64,000 nucleotides of DNA, from positions 376,464,001 through 376,528,000 of the forward strand of contig OZ024741.1 of the NCBI GenBank assembly GCA_964016885.1. The letters run 5' to 3'. This DNA is from Eledone cirrhosa. Taxonomy: Eukaryota. Positions 54,005 through 64,000 of the stretch are shown in pieces. Every line of letters starts with the position of its first letter. Position 1 is the first letter of the stretch. The translations under genes were made by a program, and so were the position numbers. The notes under the pieces are model-generated. The model had not been told where the DNA came from and made no database searches. It saw only the letters and a program-made list of their open reading frames with translations.

Positions 54005-54956
54005 GGAAACGGTATGACTCCGACGGCAGAGCTCAAGCCGTTTCGACGGCTATTGCAGAAATAGCCGTCGAAGCGGCTTGAGCTCTACCGTCGGAGTCAT
54101 ACCTTTTCCTATTACCCGCTCTACTATCCTAAGTATTGAGTACTCTGGAGCGTTGTGGTCCATCTGGTTCCTTACCACAATTCCTTCGTTATATATATAT
54201 ATATATATATCAATAATATTATTAAATGGAAAATATCTTTATAAAACCATATTCCTTTTATTATACATATTTCAAAGGTACCAATATTTTGGTACGCTAT
54301 CTTCAGATAAAATACAATATTTGGTTTAAAGATCGACATATGAACTTAATGTTTCTGAGTTCAATGCAGTTCTGCATTGAACTCATAACATTAAGTCCAT
54401 ATTGGGTGTATATATAACGTCCTTACACTATATATATATATATATATATAAATGAAGAATTAGAAATAGAAGCCTGAACTATCCGTCATCAGTGGTCTAC
54501 TATCCATCATAGGTATACCTCAGTCTAGGGCGATGCAATAACTAACAAAAGTTATTGGGATAAAAAGAGTTAGGTGGAGAAATAGAGACAGGTAAACAAA
54601 CACGAATGGTGAGGCAACGTAAAGAGAAGAAGAAATTAGAAATTCAAGTCAATAATTCATTTGGAACATAAGAACGTGCGAATATTGACGAGAAGACGAA
54701 AGACACATCTTGGCCGTGCGGATGTGAGCGTGGAAAAATCTCGTACGGTGTGGGACGATGGAGGAAGTGAGAGAGAGAGTGTGTAGCTGAGAGTGAGTGA
54801 GTGAATGTGTGAAGGAGAGGCTAGACGAGAGAGGGTACTTACCCCCCATGCCAGTCACCCTCTCTCAGCTAGACTCTTCCTCACACTTTCTCTCACTATT
54901 TCCAACTTCACCTTTTCTCTATATCCACTATTTTGTATAGAACTTTACTTCCCTTC

Positions 54957-55016
<60 letters not shown>

Positions 55017-55049
55017 CACAAGAATCAAAGCTATGTTCAAAGCATTTAT

Positions 55050-55103
55050 TCACTTACAATTGTTTCATCCAAACCTAGGCTTGGTGTCTTCGGAGTATTT
55101 TTC
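55050..55103 (-). ncRNA. Hammerhead-like motif (U4C variant)
   Basis: Minus strand reads ACT CCGAAGA CA CCAAGC CTAG GTTTGG AT GAAAC AATT GTA AGT. Confidence 0.6.
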
Positions 55104-56349
55104 AATGCTTCTGCATATAATTTACCTCCTTTCCAACGCAAGAGACATACATATACATATATATATATATTGATGTACAGTGGAGTGACATATATTATAC
55201 TATACTATCTTTGTACAGCAATTCAAATTCAAAATCAAAATCAAAATCAAAATCAAAATTAAAATACATTTGACAGCTAACACAGATAAGGCAAGAGGGT
55301 AGTTTGATAGACATATCTAGTACGTAGTGTATGCGTTAGTTACACATAGAGCATGCAAGTGTGTCTCATTTATATACGATTATTGTGTGGCAAGGTGTTA
55401 CATGTAAAGCAAGCCCTTTAAGCGGGTAAGCAAGAGTATTATAGTGGTTGTAGTGGTAGGGTATTTTTTGTATAGATCAAAAAAAGTATGTGTGCAGAAA
55501 AAGAAAAAAGAAGAAGCAAAGGAAGTTATGGTTTTCGTATCCATCACCATTTTCACATTCCGAAAAAATAAGATATAGTTTTTACATCCATCACATAAGT
55601 TACGATGCTTCCCTATTGAATGTTTCATGCATTACATTATTATAGCGTATTGAGGCTCACTCTGATTTAATCCATATTTATAGAATAGGTTCCTTCTGCT
55701 GCGAGAATTTACAGTGGTTTATTAGCCGGAAGTAGGTGTGTAATTAAGGAGTGTTAATGCGTAAGGGGAGGTAACTAGCTGATTCTCATATCTAAATTCA
55801 TTGTTCTAACATACATTATATGGTGCCTCAATTGAGTCCCTTATATAAAAGGTTATATATTTATATCTACTTTTAAATTTTAAATTTTAAATACAGTCTA
55901 CTCTATCATAATGTATTAAAGGTATCTATAGGAAGTTGATTACTCCTTATTATATAGTGCTACAATTGAATCTTCCATATAAAGTGCCATATCTTTATAT
56001 CAAAGTTCACCGTAAATACAGTCTATTCTCAAAACATATCAGAGGACCTATTAGAATTTTATCCACATAACCCCTGGTGAGTTATGGAGCAGCGTATGGC
56101 TCTTTGCGTGACAAAACCAAATACATCGTTAGGGCAGACAAATATATCCCACATTTACAATGTCATTTATAATTGCATATATAATTCATATATAATTCAT
56201 TGTAGCACCCTACATACAAGTTAGACAGATCCCTTATGTTAATAAATTATTACTTCCGTATCTAGTATTTAAAGTATATATAGACCGCATTATATCACTA
56301 TATAATTATAAGTAATTGAAAGGAATTATATTTAAACGTTGGTGTTTAT

Positions 56350-58288
56350 GGGGACATTTCTAGGGTATAAAGTTATAGATAGATGGAATGATTTGTGTCG
56401 AGGGAGGGTGGATCAGAGAGTTTGGGGTTGTGGTGTAAGGCATGCCCTTGCAGTGTGGTGTTAGAACCGGTGATGGGTTCAAGTCTGACATTGTTACATA
56501 TTGGGTTTAAAGTTTTGGAAGGTGTGCCGGAAGCGGTGCTGGCACGACGCAAAGACTCCGATTTTTTATTAAGGAGGTTAAGGTTCGAGAAGATTATAGT
56601 ATGGGTCTCTAGTAGACAGAAGTTACAGAATTTATTAGGTGGTCTGTATGATGCTGCCTTACCTATCCCTTCCCATTGCAGTGTATAAGATCTATTTCTA
56701 GTTTTCAGATAGTGTATGTAGCTAGATAGTGAAGTGGAGTTGGCAAGACTGTGTTTTTTGAAAGAATGGAGATGTGAATTGTATCTGGTTTTGAAGCAGT
56801 TTGAAGTAGAGCCTATATAGGTTTCATGATTAGATGATGTCCTTGATTAAGCAGTTTTTATCTAAAGGGCAGGTTCTATTACATCTACAGTTACAATTAT
56901 TTTGGATATTAACCAGCGGGTTATTACGTTGTGTAGGAGTCTGGTTGCTAGGTATTGCATTATGGCTATGGGGGTTGTCGCTCCCAGTGTTATTGATTTC
57001 ATTAGTGTTATTACTATTATTACTATTGATATCAGGGTTTGCAGATATTACGTTGTTTTGAAAGTTTACACCCTGCTGTGTTTTAGTTTGTTGAAAGTAA
57101 GTATTAATCTTTCTTTTATTGCTACTAGCTATGTAGTATGCTATGTTAGGTGTGGTAGAGTTGGAGATGTTAATGGTGTTTTTATTTATAAGGCTATGGC
57201 ACTTGTGGCCAGATGGGAAGTTTTTTTTATCCAGGAGTGAGAAGAAAGCCTTAGGTAGGTTGGTAGAGACGTTTAGATTGAAAGGGGGGTTGAAAAATGT
57301 ATTAGTTCTTCTTCTATTTTTGTTTTTTATGTCTGTTGAGGTGTTTACGTTTATGGTATTTTGGTGTCCTCTCTGGTGTGAGTTATGTTTGTTGCCACCC
57401 TTCGTACTAATGTGTGTGTGGTTATTACTCTTATTACTATATTTCCTCATGGACATATTGTGCGAAATAATGTTGTAGCTATGTGTTTTTATAGGTAGGA
57501 ACTCGATCTCCTTATTATGGCCTGATCTAGCTAATGCCTGATTATAGTATTGTGAGCTTTTGCTAAATATGGTTTCGTCATAAGATAGATTAGAGATTCT
57601 ATTGGATATTCCTTTAGAGATAGAGTTTAATACTGATCTAGGGTGGTTAGACTTGGTATCTACGTAAATTAGATTTTCGTTAGGTTTTTGAAATGGTGTA
57701 TATATCTTAGAGTCTAGGTAAAGGGTGGCATCTAGGAAGTTAACGTTTTTAGTGTTTTTGTCTATGGTGATACTTAGGTAATAGTTTTTGAAAGTCTTAT
57801 GCAATAGTTTTCTAGTTCTTGCTGTATTAAATTTTTTATAGTCTATAAGGAGTAGTGCATCATCGCGGTACAACCCACCGTTGAGGTATGGAAGGTCCTT
57901 ATGGATTTCGTTTAGTAGGTATAGGCACACCAAATCAGTGACCTGCGCTGAGTCACTAGATCCCATGGTTATGTCAAAGTTGTTATGCGTATCCTTGCGG
58001 CTCCATAACTGATCTTCAAAAGTGATTACGGTTTTACGAGCCGCAAGTATGACATCAATCTGGGGTCTACTAAACGAAATCCATAAGGACACCACCGTTG
58101 AGGTATGGATGGTCCTTATGGATTTCGTTTAGTAGACCCCAGATTGATGTCATACTTGGGGCTCGTAAAACCGTAATCACTTTTGCAGATCAGTTATAGA
58201 CCCGCAAGGATACACGTAACAACTTTGACATAACCATGGGATCTAGTGATTCGGCGCAGGTCACTGATTTGGTGGGCCTATACCTACA
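56350..58288 (-). mobile_element. 5'-truncated Penelope-like element (YRDD type) with a rearranged 5' end
   Basis: The 421-aa ORF 56830-58095 gives FDITMGSSDSAQVTDLV, GLYRDDAL, VNFLD, SNHP, FFNPPF and CNCR..CPL...CL. A YIG motif and CNFCLLE follow downstream. Confidence 0.9.
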
Positions 58289-59278
58289 TGCTCGCGTACA
58301 TCAGCTCTCACACGCACGCGCACACACGCGCACACACACACACGCAGACGCACACATGGACACACACATGTGCGTACGCACATCTGCTCATATACACAAA
58401 CACGTACAGACATATACATAGACACGCACACGCACATACACACTTGTCCGTATACAGAGGTACAACGACATATTCTCTCCCAAACACACATATATATACA
58501 TATATATATATATAAAGAATTAATATCTAGTAACATATATATACAGACAGATGCATATCAATGCTAGCAAATATATAGGTTTTGTCTTAGTAACTTTGTG
58601 GTTCAATGCATGGGGTTGCAGAACAATAATATGAGAGACGTAAAATAAGAAAATTATAAAATTAACTTACTTACTAAAATTTCCCTCCCAACTAATTAGT
58701 TTCTGAAATGGAATAAATATACTTTCCGAAGAAAATATTGAGAAGCATTTCGTCGTCAGGGAAGCCTATTCTCAGCTAAGTATCCAGGCAAAGCGTGGAC
58801 TCTGGAAACTTATACAAAAATAATTCAGTGGATAGAAAATAGCAAAGCATGGACTGAATTCCTAGCCATTGAGAAAATCACTGCCTACTGTGTCGGTGGC
58901 AAATTCAAAAATAATCAATCACGTGACATCGAGGTCAATCAGTGGAAAGTGGTTTGTTAAAAAGACTGCGGCCTGCCGGCTACCATAGCAGCAGTCTTGG
59001 CCAATATTGCTCGACAAATAATTTGGAGATAATTATAAAGAATTAATATCTAGAAACATTAATATACATACAGATGCATATCAATGCTAGCAAATATATA
59101 GGTTTTGTCTTAGTAACTTTGTGGTTCAATGCATGGGGTTGCAGAACAATAATATGAGAGACGTAAAATAAGAAAATTATATTTTCTTCGGAAAGTATAT
59201 TTATTCCATTTCAGAAACTAATTAGTTGGGAGTGAAATTTTAGTAAGTAAGTTAATTTTATAATTTTCTTATTTTACG

Positions 59279-59362
<84 letters not shown>

Positions 59363-59412
59363 ATATACACGGGTATGTATGATTGTGTATAGAAGATTAT
59401 ATTAATAAAAGG

Positions 59413-59747
59413 AATTCCAACTTTGTCTGATTTACTCGTTTTATTTACGATCCTTTAAAATTCATAATGGTATTAGAATGAAATAGTATGGTAGAATATT
59501 AAGTGTTAATTGAAGAAGTACTTTCATGCTTTCGCAATCTTCAGGTTCATATTGTGTGGTGACAGACAAGTTTGCAATTTTCATTGACTGTCACCACACA
59601 ATATGAACCTGAAGATTGCGAAAGTATGAAAGTACTTGTTCAATTAACACTCAACATTTAATATTCTACCATACTATTTCATTCTAATACCATTATAAAT
59701 TTTAAAGGATTGTAAATAAAACGAGTAAATCAGACAAAGTTGGAATT
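59413..59747. repeat. Fold-back inverted repeat with a hammerhead motif in each arm
   Basis: Plus 59604-59642 reads TGAAC CTGAAGA TTGC GAAA GTAT GAAA G TA C TT GTTCA. The mirror copy is at 59511-59549. Confidence 0.8.
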
Positions 59748-59749
59748 AA

Positions 59750-59814
<65 letters not shown>

Positions 59815-60201
59815 ACACACACATAAATATACACACAAATAAACAAACCTTTACCCTACATTAGGTGCACGTACACACACACACACACATACACACACAC
59901 ACATGTACACACAAGTACACACACTGGCTCATATACATTCAAACAAATATGCGCCCAATTACCTCTGTGCCCACATACATCCACAAAGATACATACACGC
60001 ACACATATCTGTCCGTACTCAAATATGATATACTAATAGTAATATAAAACTGCACAATGGGTCGTACAGGGTCATCTATGAAAGGATGCATCTTGTTATA
60101 CACATGCACAAGTATAAACAATGTAACCAAATACATACATCCATACACCCACATGCATACACACATATAAATAAATAAATAAGTAAATAAATAATAAATA
60201 A

Positions 60202-60242
<41 letters not shown>

Positions 60243-60283
60243 CATACACACACATATACATATACACACATACATATATATAC

Positions 60284-60317
<34 letters not shown>

Positions 60318-60699
60318 ATACACACACACACACATATATATGTGTACATACACAAACATACATACACATCTTTAAAAAAAACGTACAATATACTAAAATA
60401 TACGTATAACGTCATACATGAAAAGATGCATTTTGTACTAAACATGCACAGATATAAACAATATAATCATATACATACATCCATACGCATTCACGTAACA
60501 TATACATATATAACTCTCTATACATACACACTCATATATATATACATACACATACGCATACTCATATACACACATAAAAACAATAAAATAAATATACAAT
60601 ATATTAAAATATGCATATAACGTCACATAGAGATATATAAAAAAAGAGAGGAGAAAGAAGGTACGTGTATGTTCATGATATAGTACACATGGGGAGTAT

Positions 60700-62998
60700 G
60701 AGATGCACGCTTAGGTCTGTATACGGAACAAATAATATGTGTTCCAAAATGGAACACGTGGACAGTATATATTCACGATTGAAAAGGTACACATGCATGG
60801 GGGTGCGTAGCCCGGTCATATTGGAGTATGTCACTGTGGTTGAGGTATGCTGTCCTATAGGTGTAGGTATTTGACTGAAAGACTGTGGAATCCGGATCAA
60901 CCTGTCCTGGTTCAGGCGATGTTCCTGCTTAGGGTGACGTGCAGAGTCGGGTATGCATCTTGGGTTATTTTGGTTTACCCCACGGGGTATATATTGTCAT
61001 CAGGGTATGGTGTCTGATCCCTTGAACCTGTTTCGTCGCTCTGCTCGGCGCATGCTCCGCCGCGAGCCCTTAGCCTGGACTTCCCGGAGGATTCCATGCG
61101 GAGAGTGTGCACCTTCTCTGGTGTCTGCAGGTCATAATAATTTCCGATTTCAGGTTGACCGCATCATACTTCAGTCTGACTATTTCCATGGTCTCGTATA
61201 GGCATAGGCTACACTTTCTACTTCCAGGCGAGTATACATTCGCGTGGCGAACGATACTCCAGTCAAGGGCCTTTGTCTTTCAGGTCCCGCACCAGGTCCG
61301 CTAGCCTAGTGGAGTGCCTCTTCCTGCGGTCCTTGAAGGAATTCGTTGGGTTATACATCTGCGGTTTAAAGGTCGTGGATGTTGCGCCGATGTAGGTGCG
61401 CTTTACGTTGTGGGTGCTAACCACACATTTGTATACCAGGTCCTTCGTCAGGCATCTTCCCTGTAGGGGGCACTCGGTGCCCGCTCTGCAGTTACATGTT
61501 CTGTCGTTGTTTTGTTCACTTTGGACGCCTGGCCCTTGATCTCCCGATTCTCAGAGTGTGGTTCCGCCGGCACGATGGTCCCCCCCCCCCGCCACTCGTT
61601 CCCTCCTGCAGTTGGATTGTATCGCCTTCCGCGGGCGTGGCGGCCGCCGCGGGGGCCGGGTCGTTATTAGAAGGCCGGTCCCCGAATGGTCCTCCACACT
61701 CCGATGGACGTTTATTTTGCCGCCGCGGTTGACGGTCGATGTTCCCCATCTTTACCGCGCTGGTTTGGGCCATGTAGTCGGCCATGTTAGGTACTGTGGA
61801 GAAAGAAAACTTCACCGTGTGGCGGTTGAAAATCTTGTGGTATTTGTTCGCCGGCGGGAAGCACTCGTCTAACGCTTGGAAAAAAAGCCCTGGCAAGTTG
61901 CTGCGTACATGCTTAGAGTATGGCGCGTTAAACCATGTAACGGCCTTAGATCTAGTCTTGTTCTTTCGTGTGTGTGTAGTAGCGTGAGTGTGCTGATGTC
62001 CGTCTCGGGTTTTGCCCGCCTATTATTACATCCTCTATGTTGCCTCTATCTGTATGTCTGCTGTGGGCGTCAAGGTTATGACTATCACTTACTAAGGTAT
62101 TCCGTTCTATATTGTCTGCTCTTTATGTGCTGCTGCTGTCGGGGCTATGCCACTACTACCAGGCCAGGTGTTCCTTCTAGCGGGTGCCACGGCTGTACTT
62201 GTCGTTACCCTGTCCCTAGTTCCAGTTACCGCGATGCATGTAGTGTTCGTGCCGGGCCCATGCCTACATGTACTGGGTGGTCTAGCGCCCATGCGTGCCT
62301 TAGTCCGTCCTATTGTCGGTCCTGTGTCATTAAACGGAACTGTATTGCTACTCGTGTTCTCGGAGACTAGTACCAGATCATTTCTTCTACCTATGGATGT
62401 GCCACAGCTATTGCCGTCTCCGCATGCCTCGGCGCTAGGCTCTTCCCTGTCTGGGGTATACACTATATTATCTGTGTAACCGGCCCTGCCAGTGCATCAT
62501 TATAATAGTCGGCGTGCTGTTTAAACACGTCTACGTTGGCCGACAGGGTGTATATGCGTTTCGATACCCCTATTGCTTCTATGATTGACCTGGGGTGGTT
62601 AGATTGCCTGTTCACATATTGCAGGGTCTCATTGGGTTTGTGATAAGGTCGGTGGATGCCCGTATTCATTTCCAGGGTGACGTCCAGGAAAATCACCGTT
62701 TGAGTGCTAGGATCTGACGTCACGGATAAGCCGTGTTGCTTTAAAAAATGCGATATGCGCTTCCTCATACGTTCCATCTGGCTGGGGTTTAGGGAAAGGA
62801 AGGTTAAAAGTGCGTCGTCTCTGTTCTATTTCCCCGTCGATCCCTGGGATCTCCTCCGCTAATCTATGGAGGAGATATATCCCCACCAGAACGCTCACCT
62901 GCGTCGAGTCTCTCAACCCCATGGTGATATCAAAACTGTCGGGTCTGTCCCTCCTCTCCCAAAACTTGTCTTCGAATCTAATTAGCGTCTTTCTAGCT
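60700..62998 (-). mobile_element. 5'-truncated Penelope-like element (YRDD/Naiad-like type, tentative), decayed
   Basis: FDITMG...QVSVLVG, VIFLDVTL, SNHP, WFNAPY, YHKIFNRHTVKFSFST, CNCR...CPLQGRCL..DLVYKC...YIGAT and CSLCLYE. Confidence 0.88.
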
Positions 62999-63006
62999 CC
63001 TCCCCA

Positions 63007-63039
<33 letters not shown>

Positions 63040-63072
63040 TTATATATATAAATATATATCTGTATATATATA

Positions 63073-63743
63073 TATAGCTTTCACCGTATTTTTAACTAAA
63101 GGAATTTTAGCATGATAACGGGGTTTCGAACCCTCAGATAAATGGAAAAAGATGAGTATTGACGTACATGGGAGTCGAACCCACATCTGTGGTTATCGCG
63201 ACCACTGTTCTACCATTACACCAACACATGACCCATCTCTTTCCATTCAAATTAGAAACTACATTCTTAGCGAGTTTAAATGGCAAGTAAGTATGTTTTG
63301 AAACAGTGAGCGAGTTTGAAATTATAAAATATATAGCTTTCACCGTATTTTTAACTAAAGGAATCTTAGCTTGATAACGGGGTTTAGAACCTTCAGATAA
63401 ATGGGAAAAGATGAGTATTGACGTACATGGGAATCGAACCCACATCTGTGGTTATCGCGACCACTGTGCCACCATTACACCAACATATCACACATCTCGC
63501 TAAGAATGTAGTTTCTAATTTGAATGGAAAGAGATGGGTGATGTGTTGGTGTAATGGTAGAACAGTGGTCGCGATAACCACAGATGTGGGTTCGACTCCC
63601 ATGTACGTCAATACTCATCTTTTTCCATTTATCTGAGGGTTCTAAACCCCGCTATCAAGCTAAAATTCCTTTAGTTAAAAATACGCTGAAAGCTATATAT
63701 TTTCTAATTTCAAACTCGCTCACTGTTTCAAAACATACTTACT

Positions 63744-63745
<2 letters not shown>
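63073..63745. repeat. Tandem plus inverted repeats of a ~260-bp unit containing a tRNA-like sequence; relative at 37207-37447
   Basis: tRNA-like copies lie at 63160-63230 (-), 63419-63489 (-) and 63540-63610 (+), with A box TGGTGTAATGG and B box GGTTCGACTCC. Confidence 0.8.
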
Positions 63746-63780
<35 letters not shown>

Positions 63781-63788
63781 GTGTATAT

Positions 63789-63840
<52 letters not shown>

Positions 63841-64000
63841 GTGTATATATATACACACATATATATATATATATATTGAAACCTACTTACTTACAGAAGT
63901 GGAGATACATATGTAACACTCACAGACAGACATGATAATTCCAGTAAGCATATGTTGTATATGAAATACTCCCATGCATATACGTCTGGTGGTATGTGCA

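Noticed and set aside
63540-63610. Functional tRNA gene
   Set aside because: The anticodon loop is oversized, the acceptor stem is weak with several G-U pairs, and the sequence is part of a dispersed repeat.

Overview
This window is AT-rich eukaryotic DNA with no intact host gene that I can support. It is probably from a cephalopod, judged from the recurrent tRNA-derived SINE as recalled from memory, not searched. It is dominated by (TA)n, (CA)n and (GA)n microsatellites, which explain most of the listed YIYI/VCVC/HTHT 'ORFs', and by decayed transposons. These include seven Penelope-like (RT + GIY-YIG) fragments, CRE-like, R4/Dong-like and RTE-like LINE fragments, about 9 copies of one SINE family, two Helitron-like elements and many local fold-back inverted repeats. 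The main finding is a nearly perfect 3.8-copy tandem array of a 471-bp unit (41524-43329). Each unit carries a canonical minimal type I hammerhead ribozyme within a strongly self-complementary sequence, which makes it a candidate retrozyme producing a circular RNA. More than 15 further hammerhead motifs from several families occur elsewhere, usually in short elements next to (TA)n tracts and often with an inverted copy of their own 3' end. All ribozyme and structure calls were made by eye and not computed.
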